DNA of 40,433 nt from the IMG/VR virus record IMGVR_UViG_3300030361_000020, one strand, 5' to 3'. The notes below the pieces were generated by a model. The model searched no databases. It worked only from the letters and a program-made list of their open reading frames with translations, and was not told the origin of the DNA. Of the stretch, positions 14,967 through 22,484 are shown piece after piece. This stretch comes from a virus. Numbering within the stretch: position 1 is the first letter of the stretch; each line of letters starts with the position of its first letter. The position numbers and the translations under genes are program-made.

Positions 14967-15707
14967 ATGTTACACGGCTGGATAAAGCTACATAGAAGCA
15001 TTCTTGATAATTGGGTTGCATCAGAGCCTGAATCTCTAGCTGTCTGGGTTAGGCTTTTATCTGAGGCTAACCACAAGGAAACAAAGAAACGATTTAACGG
15101 ATCGCTAGTTACGATTGGAAGGGGTCAAGTGGTGTTTGGCCTAAACGCTTTCAGCGAAAAGTCAGGAGTATCAATATCAAAGCTACGCCGCATACTTTCA
15201 GAGCTAGAAAGCGACGGAATGATTAACAGGCAAATAACAAGCAAATACTCATTAATTACAATAACTTGCTTTGATAAATACCAAGACGACAGCAGTCAAA
15301 AAACAAGCGAGTCGCAAGCTGGTAACAATGAAATCACAAGCGAGTCGCAACACCGTAAGAATGTAAAGAATGTAAAGAATGTAAAGAATGTAAAGATAAA
15401 AGATTTATTCGATGCTGAGCGCATCATACCGATATGGAATTCTTTAGGTTGCAAACAGCACAAAGGGCTCACTCAGGCAGCAGAAAAATCTCTTGGAAGG
15501 ACTTATAAAGAATATTGCAGCTCCGTAAAAGAGCCTAAAAAACCTAAGGAGCTCAATGATTGGCTTGAGTCATACCTACTAAAAGGCTTTGGTGGTTGGA
15601 TGACAGATCACCACAGAGAAATTGGGGACGGTAGCTGGGCAGCGGATTTAGAGTTTGCTGTTAGGTTTTCTACTTACGATAAAATTAAAAATACGGTCAC
15701 ATCATGA
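14967..15707 (+). CDS. Replication initiator / replisome organiser (winged-helix N-terminus, lambda O-like role)
   Basis: The N-terminal GWIKLHRSILDNW...LAVWVRLLSEANHKE...GQVVFGLNAFSEKSGVSISKLRRILSELESDGMI is typical of phage replication initiator N-domains. It lies directly upstream of dnaB with an ATGA overlap, and it contains internal DNA repeats. Confidence 0.6.
   Translation: MLHGWIKLHRSILDNWVASEPESLAVWVRLLSEANHKETKKRFNGSLVTIGRGQVVFGLNAFSEKSGVSISKLRRILSELESDGMINRQITSKYSLITITCFDKYQDDSSQKTSESQAGNNEITSESQHRKNVKNVKNVKNVKIKDLFDAERIIPIWNSLGCKQHKGLTQAAEKSLGRTYKEYCSSVKEPKKPKELNDWLESYLLKGFGGWMTDHHREIGDGSWAADLEFAVRFSTYDKIKNTVTS
15303..15350 (+). repeat. 15-bp direct repeat pair (ACAAGCGAGTCGCAA) spaced 33 bp apart
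   Basis: Exact copies at 15303-15317 and 15336-15350, inside the initiator gene. Confidence 0.9.
15355..15398 (+). repeat. Tandem 9-bp repeat (GTAAAGAAT), about 5 units; candidate iterons
   Basis: GTAAGAAT, then GTAAAGAAT x3, then GTAAAGATA, followed by an A/T-rich stretch. It encodes KNVKNVKNVKNVK in the inter-domain linker of the initiator. Confidence 0.9.
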
Positions 15708-17077
15708 TTGAAGAACAAAAGAATCACTATGAGTCTGAGCAGTCCGTACTTGGCGGGCTAATGTTGGTTGGCGATCTTACTGCTGATTCTTGTCAAAGAG
15801 TGTTTAGCATTCTTAAGTCAAATTCATTTTACGCGAGACACCATCAGTTAATATTTAATCAACTAAAAAAAATGCACCACAATGGTGAGCATGTTGATGC
15901 CATTTCTGTTGACGCCGCTCTTAGTAGAGCTGGTATTTCTGATGATGTTGGTGGCTTTGCTTATTTAATGGATTTGTGCAAGGTAGCCAATGTTAGTAAT
16001 TACGTGGCGCATGCAAAGATTGTTAGGGAATCCGCAATATCAAGAGTTATTAATGCAAAGCTTAACGACGCAATAGCTATGGTTAATGAAAATGACGGAA
16101 GAACTGTTTATGAAAAGGTTGGAGACCTTGAGAGTATGATAAGTGCAGTTCTTGATAGGTCAATAAAGAACGATACTTCTGGTCTTGTCCATGCATCTGA
16201 TATTTGTGATAGATGGTCAAAGGAGCTTGAAGATAGATTTGAAAACCCAGAGGCTCAATCTGGATATTCAACAGGAATCAAAGACCTAGACAAAATACTA
16301 AACCCAAAACTAATAAGAAAGGGTTCATTAGTTGTCGTTGGTGCTAGGCCGAAGATGGGTAAAACAGCACTACTTGGTAGTCTGACTAAACAGTTTGCTT
16401 TAGAGCACAAAAAGGCAACCGCAGTATTTTCTCTTGAGATGCCAAGTGACCAAATCATGGAAAGAATGCTTTGTGAAAGGGCTAATGTTAATGGGAATAT
16501 TTTTTACCAAGGTTCAGATAATGACTCTGACTTTGCAAGGGTGTCAGCGGCAATGGGTGAATATGTTAACTCTAAACTTTACATGGATGACACTCCAGCA
16601 ATCACTATTCAGCATATACAGAGAGAATCAAGAAAACTATCAAAGATTGATGATGTTGGGCTTATAGCTGTAGATTACCTAACCCTAATGGAAGCGGAAA
16701 AGGCAGACAGAAATGACTTAGCTTACGGGAAAATAACCAAGGCTCTAAAGAATCTGGCAAAAGAGCTTAATTGTGTTGTTTTGCTTCTAACGCAGCTAAA
16801 CCGCTCTCTTGAATCGAGACCAAACAAAAGGCCGATGCCTAGCGATTCAAGAGATACCGGTCAAATTGAGCAAGATTGTGATTTATGGATCGGTTTGTAT
16901 CGACATGCAGTCTATGATGACAATGTAATTCAAGAAGAAAAAGGACTTACTGAGGTTATAGTAAGACTAAATAGACACGGAGACACTGGAACCGCATATT
17001 TAAATCTGAAGAATGGCTATTTCGTGGAAGGGCATAAGCCAACAATTAGCCAGGGAATAGTTGATGATGAATATTAA
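15704..17077 (+). CDS. dnaB: Replicative DNA helicase DnaB
   Basis: 457 aa. The N-terminal EQSVLGGLM, Walker A GARPKMGKTA, and IAVDYLTLM and LTQLNRSLE motifs match the DnaB family. Confidence 0.9.
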   Translation: MIEEQKNHYESEQSVLGGLMLVGDLTADSCQRVFSILKSNSFYARHHQLIFNQLKKMHHNGEHVDAISVDAALSRAGISDDVGGFAYLMDLCKVANVSNYVAHAKIVRESAISRVINAKLNDAIAMVNENDGRTVYEKVGDLESMISAVLDRSIKNDTSGLVHASDICDRWSKELEDRFENPEAQSGYSTGIKDLDKILNPKLIRKGSLVVVGARPKMGKTALLGSLTKQFALEHKKATAVFSLEMPSDQIMERMLCERANVNGNIFYQGSDNDSDFARVSAAMGEYVNSKLYMDDTPAITIQHIQRESRKLSKIDDVGLIAVDYLTLMEAEKADRNDLAYGKITKALKNLAKELNCVVLLLTQLNRSLESRPNKRPMPSDSRDTGQIEQDCDLWIGLYRHAVYDDNVIQEEKGLTEVIVRLNRHGDTGTAYLNLKNGYFVEGHKPTISQGIVDDEY

Positions 17078-17096
17078 TGCCAAAAAGGAAAATAAA

Positions 17097-17630
17097 ATGA
17101 ACCTAGTACAACTACAAAACAAAATTCACGAACAAAACAAATCAGTAGGCTGGTGGGATGAGCCTAGAGATTTTTCAACTATCACTAACCTTGGTATTTC
17201 TGAGCTATCAGAGGGGCTTGAGGGTGATAGAAAGAGCCTAATGGATGACAAGCTAAAGCATTACCCTATGTCGGTCGTAGAGCTTGGAGACTTCGTTATA
17301 CGCACAATGGATTATCTCGGCAGTGTTGGGAATGAGTTTTACCCGCTAATCGTAAACGTTAACGAAAAATACCGAGAAGGTGATTTTCAGTTCAACCTTG
17401 CTCTGTGCTCATGGCTGATAACTCAAGCCTGGAACATGAAAGAAATCCAGAACGATGACTTTATCTACAAAGTGTCACTTCGCGCCGCCGTTATCGTTGC
17501 AATCCGAATGATTGGCGATATGGGTTACGACTGGGAGAAGATTGTCTTAGAGAAAGTCGAGTTTAACCGAACGCGTCCAGACCACCAGCGAGAGAATCGT
17601 CAAGGTGAGACTGGTCAGAAGAAGTATTAG
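17097..17630 (+). CDS. MazG-like nucleoside triphosphate pyrophosphohydrolase
   Basis: ATG 17097 follows AAGGAA (track start 17061 overlaps dnaB). ISELSEGLEGDRK (ExxE), VELGDFVIRTMDYL (E..D) and the C-terminal EKVEFNRTRP fit the all-alpha MazG pattern. Confidence 0.55.
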   Translation: MNLVQLQNKIHEQNKSVGWWDEPRDFSTITNLGISELSEGLEGDRKSLMDDKLKHYPMSVVELGDFVIRTMDYLGSVGNEFYPLIVNVNEKYREGDFQFNLALCSWLITQAWNMKEIQNDDFIYKVSLRAAVIVAIRMIGDMGYDWEKIVLEKVEFNRTRPDHQRENRQGETGQKKY

Positions 17631-17642
17631 GGGGAAATAGAA

Positions 17643-18128
17643 ATGAGTGAATTAAAGCCTTGCCCGTTTTGTGGGGATGAAGAGCCAGTGATAATTAGAC
17701 TTGCTGGTTCTTTTGTGTGCGGATGCCCAACATGTGAAGCGGAAGTGAGAGTGGACACTAATGAAACGTCTACAACTTGCAAAGTGCAAAAGTGCAAAAT
17801 TAAATGCATTGAACTATGGAATAAACGAACAGAATCTTTGGAGTTAGAGCGCCTAACCGCCATAAAATCCGACAGAGAAAGCGCAGTAAAGCTTATGAGC
17901 AAGTCATGGCGACATATCGCTGACACTGATAGCAAACTAATTACGCGCTATGTCGAAATGGCTGAAAGGCAATTTAAAGCCAAGGATGGTGAGATTGAAC
18001 GACTAGCTGCCATAATAACTCAAAAAGCAACACGATGTGATGAGCTATACGAAGCACTAGAAAAGGTACTAGACATTAACGCAATGCCAAGTGAGCTAAA
18101 AAGTCGCGTGAAGATGCTAGTAAGTTGA
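17643..18128 (+). CDS. Lar-like (restriction alleviation family) zinc-ribbon domain fused to a coiled-coil C-terminus
   Basis: LKPCPFCG...CGCPTCEAEV...CIELWNKR matches the Lar-family N-terminal pattern. Residues about 60-161 are predicted helical/coiled. Confidence 0.55.
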   Translation: MSELKPCPFCGDEEPVIIRLAGSFVCGCPTCEAEVRVDTNETSTTCKVQKCKIKCIELWNKRTESLELERLTAIKSDRESAVKLMSKSWRHIADTDSKLITRYVEMAERQFKAKDGEIERLAAIITQKATRCDELYEALEKVLDINAMPSELKSRVKMLVS

Positions 18129-18166
18129 TGGCAAGGATTAAGGGTGAGAGTAACTAGGTATCTAAT

Positions 18167-18379
18167 ATGGCATTTACAGTTAAAGATGTTCCTATTTGGT
18201 TTTGGTTTGAGCTTTCAAGAAATGGGAATCAATACATTAAAATCTCAAAAGGCAGAACGGGAAATCACTCGCTGTGCGTGAGGAAGGGAGAAAGTTTAGC
18301 TTGGAATATGTCAAACCAAAGTCATGTTAGATTAATTCCAAGCCAAGGGAAACCAAGGTTAAGGTATTGCCATGGCTGA
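18167..18379 (+). CDS. Hypothetical protein
   Basis: 70-aa ORF. The next gene's start overlaps its end. Confidence 0.5.
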   Translation: MAFTVKDVPIWFWFELSRNGNQYIKISKGRTGNHSLCVRKGESLAWNMSNQSHVRLIPSQGKPRLRYCHG

Positions 18380-18824
18380 AGAGGGATTAATTAGAGCTAA
18401 CACTATCGTAGAAGACTTACAGGCTTTTGTTAGCAAGGTTCATGACCATTTTGACCACAGCACTTCAAATATAAACTGGAAGATAACGGACAGGCGCTCA
18501 CTGTCCGCTAACTCTCAAGTATGGGTTTGGGCTAAGCAGATTGCAGAAAGTCAGGGCGAGGACGTAAAGACAGCATACGCAAGAATGAAACGCGATCATG
18601 GCCTTCCCATAATCCTCTCTGACACTGAGCATGGACCGTTAGTTGACTGGATGTTGAAGCAGTTTAGGTTTTACCAAAGAACCGATGACCAGCAGCTAAA
18701 GATTATTGATGCTATCGAGATAACAAGAAAATTCTCGACAAGGCAGCACAATAACTTCAGAGACTCGGTTCAGGCGTTCTACAATGCCAACGGGTTTAAT
18801 CTTCAATACATGGATAAGGAGTAA
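18372..18824 (+). CDS. NinB/Orf-like recombination mediator (tentative)
   Basis: The size (150 aa) and the pattern ITDRRSLSANSQVWVWAKQIA ... FSTRQHNNFRDSVQAFYNANGFNL parallel lambda NinB (RSLDQNRKLW ... STSRM..EFAELLELIQAF). Confidence 0.45.
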   Translation: MAEEGLIRANTIVEDLQAFVSKVHDHFDHSTSNINWKITDRRSLSANSQVWVWAKQIAESQGEDVKTAYARMKRDHGLPIILSDTEHGPLVDWMLKQFRFYQRTDDQQLKIIDAIEITRKFSTRQHNNFRDSVQAFYNANGFNLQYMDKE

Positions 18825-18826
18825 AA

Positions 18827-19219
18827 ATGAACCTACCAAAAGTTAAATTAATCCGCTCTTACCTAAAGTGCGCGACATACGGTTTCATCGAGTTTGACGA
18901 GCGAGTTCTTCACACGCTGGAACTTCCAGACTTCGATAACGACAATAACATTTCATGTATTCCAGAAGGTATTTATCTGTGTAGATGGATAAAGTCGCCT
19001 AACTTGGGTTGGTGTTATGAAGTTGTTGATGTGTTTGGACGTACTTACGTTCGCATTCATTCTGGTAACTTCACTCGCCAGATTCGCGGCTGCATCTTAG
19101 TTGGCGACAGTCACAAGGATATCGACAAAGACGGCATTCCAGATGTGACTAACTCAGTCAATACGCTCAAGTGGATGTACGATAAGCTCGGTGATGAGTT
19201 CTACATTCAGATTTGTTGA
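18827..19219 (+). CDS. DUF5675-family protein
   Basis: TYGFIEFDERVLHTLELP...CIPEGIYLC...VFGRTYVRIHSGNFTRQIRGCILVG matches the DUF5675 pattern as I recall it. Confidence 0.6.
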   Translation: MNLPKVKLIRSYLKCATYGFIEFDERVLHTLELPDFDNDNNISCIPEGIYLCRWIKSPNLGWCYEVVDVFGRTYVRIHSGNFTRQIRGCILVGDSHKDIDKDGIPDVTNSVNTLKWMYDKLGDEFYIQIC

Positions 19220-19240
19220 CGATCGTCACAAAATGAAACT

Positions 19241-19264
19241 GGCAGTGTAAATACTGCCTTTTTT
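19241..19264 (+). terminator. Intrinsic terminator
   Basis: GGCAGT-gtaaat-ACTGCC followed by T6. Confidence 0.8.
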
Positions 19265-19268
19265 ATGC

Positions 19269-19297
19269 TTGAATATCTGCGATTGTCGTAGTATATT
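19269..19297 (+). promoter_or_regulatory. Candidate promoter
   Basis: TTGAAT-N17-TATATT directly after the terminator. It lies 32 nt upstream of ATG 19330. Confidence 0.6.
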
Positions 19298-19329
19298 TAA
19301 TCCATACCAACGAGATATAGGGATTTAAA

Positions 19330-19536
19330 ATGAAAAAATTAATTAAGCAAGTGTCTGAGAAGTTCAACGGCAAAATCACTTCAGATGACACAGTTAATTT
19401 TTCATTCGGTGAAGATGATTACTGCCTAACTGATGGCACCTTGTATGCAGTGCTTGAAGACGGAACTTTCCTTCCTGGATTCAAAAAAGTGAGAGGATTA
19501 TTGGCTGTTGAACATTTTGTTGCGGAGCGTGCTTAA
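19330..19536 (+). CDS. Hypothetical protein
   Basis: 68-aa ORF. TAGGGA lies upstream, and the stop overlaps the next start (TAATG). Confidence 0.6.
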   Translation: MKKLIKQVSEKFNGKITSDDTVNFSFGEDDYCLTDGTLYAVLEDGTFLPGFKKVRGLLAVEHFVAERA

Positions 19537-19826
19537 TGACTAATAGATTTTTAAACTTATACCTTGAAATCCTCCTTGAGCACTGGAGGGTTCAGGTTTT
19601 CGTTTACCTTGCTTTGTTATGGGCGATTGTCTTTTCTTTATTATCGTCAAATAATGAAATTAAACTAAGCGTATCGGTAATTATTGCAGCGTCTTGCGTT
19701 TTGTCACTCAAAGCATTGTCGGCAGTAATTTTACTTATGAAAACGTATTGGATAATCAAGAAATGCAATGATGGAAGCAATTACTTTCTTGATGTTTACA
19801 GAGAGTGGACTGGGAGATATTTTTGA
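19536..19826 (+). CDS. Two-TM membrane protein (holin-like topology)
   Basis: Hydrophobic segments VFVYLALLWAIVFSLL and VSVIIAASCVLSLKALSAVILLM, with a charged C-terminal tail. Confidence 0.6.
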   Translation: MTNRFLNLYLEILLEHWRVQVFVYLALLWAIVFSLLSSNNEIKLSVSVIIAASCVLSLKALSAVILLMKTYWIIKKCNDGSNYFLDVYREWTGRYF

Positions 19827-19978
19827 TGGGTAATCACATTAAAGGAAATTGGTTTACATCGGTATTCAGGCTTTTATTTATGAGCAATGGCGAGCTTGAG
19901 AGAATTATTGAAAGCGAAAATTACCGAGCTACAACGCGAAGAAATGCAGAGAATGAACTGTCACGGAGAATTTCATAA
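19826..19978 (+). CDS. Hypothetical protein; 50 aa, not in track
   Basis: TGATG overlap with the previous gene, and the stop abuts the next ATG (TAAATG). Confidence 0.45.
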   Translation: MGNHIKGNWFTSVFRLLFMSNGELERIIESENYRATTRRNAENELSRRIS

Positions 19979-20152
19979 ATGACCCCGTCACAAAGAGCAA
20001 AAGAGCTAGGCTGTCGTAGCTTGGCTCAGGTTATCAAGGTGTCGCAAGTTCCAGAGCGCACTTTGCACGATTGGTTTAAAAACTACCCAAATCGATTTGA
20101 TATGGCTTGCGTTTACACGCGCGAGGTTAAATATGGAAATGGAGTTAAATAA
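19979..20152 (+). CDS. Small HTH DNA-binding protein; 57 aa, not in track
   Basis: MTPSQRAKELGCRSLAQVIKVSQVPERTLHDWFKN fits the HTH pattern. The gene is tightly coupled to its neighbours. Confidence 0.5.
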   Translation: MTPSQRAKELGCRSLAQVIKVSQVPERTLHDWFKNYPNRFDMACVYTREVKYGNGVK

Positions 20153-20153
20153 A

Positions 20154-20645
20154 ATGAAGAAATTCAGCATAGTAAAAATACTAACGTTTGGGTGCATGTT
20201 TTATTCCGCTCTGGCGTTTGTGTTGATGGCGATAGGGATAAGTAAAGCATCGGCCAATGAGGTTAATCAATGGCAGGTAGAAATCATAGATAGCGGTGAA
20301 AGTGTTGGCGTTTATTATGGAGATAGCATCAAGCTGATTAACTCAGGTATGATTATCAATAATGACGACTTGATCTGCATGGTTAACCCTGACATTAAAA
20401 CCAAAAATCTACTTAAGTTTAACGATGAAACTGTGATGTTTGATTTGAGCTGCAACGATAACAACTTAGTGTTCACACCCAGCAGTGCCTATGACTATCT
20501 CATTGCGTCGGATGTAATGAGAGAGGCTTATACGCTAGATGTTCACAGCGCATCAAACGAGCTTCTTGTTAGTGTTCCTATGATTGGTTATCACGCTGCA
20601 TCAAAAGAGGCGATGATGAACAACTACTGGAGTGATCAGCAATGA
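20154..20645 (+). CDS. Secreted protein with a Sec signal peptide
   Basis: The start at ATG 20154 gives MKKFSIVKILTFGCMFYSALAFVLMAIGISKASA/NE, with a basic n-region, a hydrophobic core and an ASA cleavage motif. Track start 20097 adds 19 unlikely residues. Confidence 0.6.
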   Translation: MKKFSIVKILTFGCMFYSALAFVLMAIGISKASANEVNQWQVEIIDSGESVGVYYGDSIKLINSGMIINNDDLICMVNPDIKTKNLLKFNDETVMFDLSCNDNNLVFTPSSAYDYLIASDVMREAYTLDVHSASNELLVSVPMIGYHAASKEAMMNNYWSDQQ

Positions 20646-20890
20646 CTTTTTACGTGCACAGGAAGGCAAACATTAAGCGTGAGCCGCTATACTCAATGTG
20701 TGATATTCAAGAGCGCGTTGGTTATGGCGAGAAAAGCATTAGAAAAGCAATCGCAGCTTTAGGCGTACAATCCTCTGGTGATGGCATTGCAAGCCATGGG
20801 AGGCTAAACATAGCTCTGTCTGACGTAAATAGAATCGAATCGTGGTTGAAAGAGAATATAAGCAAGAGGGCAAATCAAAACTTGCAATAA
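20642..20890 (+). CDS. Small DNA-binding-like protein
   Basis: ATGA overlap with the previous gene. YSMCDIQERVGYGEKSIRKAIAALG looks like an HTH. Confidence 0.55.
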   Translation: MTFYVHRKANIKREPLYSMCDIQERVGYGEKSIRKAIAALGVQSSGDGIASHGRLNIALSDVNRIESWLKENISKRANQNLQ

Positions 20891-20988
20891 AGTAAGTTAT
20901 GGGTTAAGTTTAAATCTCTCCATCGCTGTATTTATGTATCTTTAATTTTACTACCTTGTTGTTAGAAGTTGCTTTTCCTTCAAGTTAA

Positions 20989-21016
20989 AGACCGCCTAAT
21001 TTGGTGGTCTTTTTTT
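20989..21016 (+). terminator. Intrinsic terminator
   Basis: AGACCGCC-taattt-GGTGGTCT (one G-U pair) followed by T6. Confidence 0.75.
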
Positions 21017-21020
21017 ATGT

Positions 21021-21032
21021 GTGGTGTATAAT
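21021..21032 (+). promoter_or_regulatory. Candidate -10 element (perfect TATAAT, no good -35) driving the short non-coding unit
   Basis: TGTGTGGTGTATAAT. It is nearly identical to the segment at 21124-21136. Confidence 0.45.
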
Positions 21033-21038
21033 ATCAAC

Positions 21039-21117
21039 TCGCTCGATGATTCCCATTAACAGTGTGAATGAAATAGACATTGAGCGAACTAGCCCTGGCC
21101 TTGTGTTGGGGCTTTTT
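21039..21117 (+). ncRNA. Candidate small RNA (about 80 nt) bracketed by a promoter and an intrinsic terminator
   Basis: The predicted start is about 7 nt after the TATAAT. A 10-bp stem pairs 21039-21048 with 21078-21087 (29-nt loop). A hairpin, AGCCCT...GGGGCT (21091-21113), follows and its last paired U opens TTTTTATTTT. No SD-led ORF lies within these bounds. Confidence 0.4.
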
Positions 21118-21124
21118 ATTTTCT

Positions 21125-21136
21125 GTGTGGTATAAT
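21125..21136 (+). promoter_or_regulatory. Extended -10 promoter for the lipoprotein gene
   Basis: TGgTATAAT (TG at 21128-21129, TATAAT at 21131-21136). It lies 28 nt upstream of ATG 21165. Confidence 0.55.
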
Positions 21137-21164
21137 TTACCATCAATAAACGGAGAGTAAACCA

Positions 21165-21764
21165 ATGAAGAAATATCTAATCGCATCTTGCGTGTCAGTA
21201 TTGGCGCTATCTGGCTGTAAGAGCACAATTGAAGGTTTGCTAACTTCTGGTGCAGAGAAGGCGCAAGAGCAAGTATTTGCCATGCAGCATCAAGAAGAGT
21301 TCACGCTAAAGGCTACGGCTGAATTCAAAGAGAAAGGCTATGCTGTTTGCTTGACTAACGGCGAGGCTATCGCGTCGATTGATGAGCTTAATGAACACGG
21401 TTCAGCTATCGGAACTAGCGTTAACGGAGTGGTAACTACTCGCGTTAAGAATGGCTATCTAATCGTGCGAACACCACAAAGCGAAACTCACGTTAAATTC
21501 GAGCCTGATGCAAATGCCTATTCCGGCGGTAGCTATGTAGAAGTGCGTGAAACCGATGTGTACCTATGGGGCATTCGACACCCTATCGACTGTATCACTC
21601 AAAAAGTAGAGCGTGACCTTGCTGATATGGAGTATGGCGCTAATAAATTCGACCAACCAGTCAAGGCAAGCAAAATCAAAACTCTCGTTAATGAGCAAAT
21701 GGAAATTTTAGGTCGAGATAAGGTTTACGAGCTTGAGGTTCATTCTGAAAGGAGTAATTTGTGA
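21165..21764 (+). CDS. Lipoprotein
   Basis: MKKYLIASCVSVLALSGC has a lipobox (LSGC) after a signal sequence. ACGGAGAG lies upstream. Confidence 0.75.
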   Translation: MKKYLIASCVSVLALSGCKSTIEGLLTSGAEKAQEQVFAMQHQEEFTLKATAEFKEKGYAVCLTNGEAIASIDELNEHGSAIGTSVNGVVTTRVKNGYLIVRTPQSETHVKFEPDANAYSGGSYVEVRETDVYLWGIRHPIDCITQKVERDLADMEYGANKFDQPVKASKIKTLVNEQMEILGRDKVYELEVHSERSNL

Positions 21765-21955
21765 CTGTTTACTTTATTATTATATTCTGTTTTACGTGCG
21801 TTATTCTTGCGCTAACACCTGTAGCTACCGTTCGCATTAGTAGAGGCTATCTTCATGATAAGCCTCGTTGCAAAGATGCATTGCCCACAAATTCACTGTC
21901 TCGGGATGACTTTGTTGGTGGAATGATTAGCATGCTTAAAAGCGAAATCGGCTAA
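21761..21955 (+). CDS. Small membrane protein
   Basis: GTGA overlap with the previous gene. N-terminal TM segment VYFIIIFCFTCVILALTPVA. Confidence 0.5.
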   Translation: MTVYFIIIFCFTCVILALTPVATVRISRGYLHDKPRCKDALPTNSLSRDDFVGGMISMLKSEIG

Positions 21956-21973
21956 TAAAACAAAACTAAAACT

Positions 21974-21996
21974 AGCGGCCAATTGGTCGCTTTTTT
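21974..21996 (+). terminator. Intrinsic terminator
   Basis: AGCGGCC-aatt-GGTCGCT (one G-U pair) followed by T6. Confidence 0.75.
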
Positions 21997-22002
21997 ATTA
22001 TC

Positions 22003-22011
22003 TGGTAAAAT
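22003..22011 (+). promoter_or_regulatory. Extended -10-like element upstream of terS
   Basis: TGgTAAAAT begins 6 nt after the terminator T-run. The layout matches 21125-21136. Confidence 0.4.
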
Positions 22012-22034
22012 AACCTAGTGTTTTAATTGGATGA

Positions 22035-22484
22035 ATGTGTATGAGTAAGAAACTAACAGACAAGCAGGAGGCGTTTTGCAAAGAGTATCTTATTGACCTT
22101 AACGCCACTAAAGCAGCATCAAGAGCTGGATACAGCGAAAAGACCGCACAGGAGCAAGGATCGCGTTTGTTATCAAATGTTATGATCCAAGATAGATTAG
22201 CGGAATTAAAGGCAGACAGAGAGAAAAGGCTTCAAATTGACGCTGATTGGGTTCTTAAGCAGGCTGTAAAGGTTCATGAGAGGTGTATGCAGGCTGAGCC
22301 TGTAATCGTCGGTGGAGAGCCAACAGGAGAGTATAAGTTTGATTCTTCTGGAGCCAATAAAGCTTTAGAGCTTGTAGGTAAACATGTGAATATTCAAGCG
22401 TGGAAAGATAAGGTTGAATCAACTGTCACTCATAAGACCGATGAGCCTCTATCTGTGCGCCTATCTGGTGGCTCTAAGCGATGA
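22035..22484 (+). CDS. terS: Terminase small subunit (Terminase_2-type)
   Basis: KLTDKQEAFCKEYLIDLNATKAASRAGYSEKTAQEQGSRLLSN is the hallmark N-terminal HTH of this family. ATG 22041 is an alternative start. Confidence 0.8.
   Translation: MCMSKKLTDKQEAFCKEYLIDLNATKAASRAGYSEKTAQEQGSRLLSNVMIQDRLAELKADREKRLQIDADWVLKQAVKVHERCMQAEPVIVGGEPTGEYKFDSSGANKALELVGKHVNIQAWKDKVESTVTHKTDEPLSVRLSGGSKR

Noticed and set aside
15355-15398. Tandem 9-bp repeats considered as a mini CRISPR-like array
   Set aside because: The units are contiguous with no spacers and only 9 bp long, and they lie in-frame inside a gene. Iterons or a linker repeat is the better reading.
21046-21135. 29-aa ORF (MIPINSVNEIDIERTSPGLVLGLFIFCVV) inside the candidate sRNA region
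   Set aside because: It has no SD. Its stop codon lies beyond the intrinsic terminator and inside the next promoter, so the terminated transcript could not encode it. It is kept only as an alternative to test.
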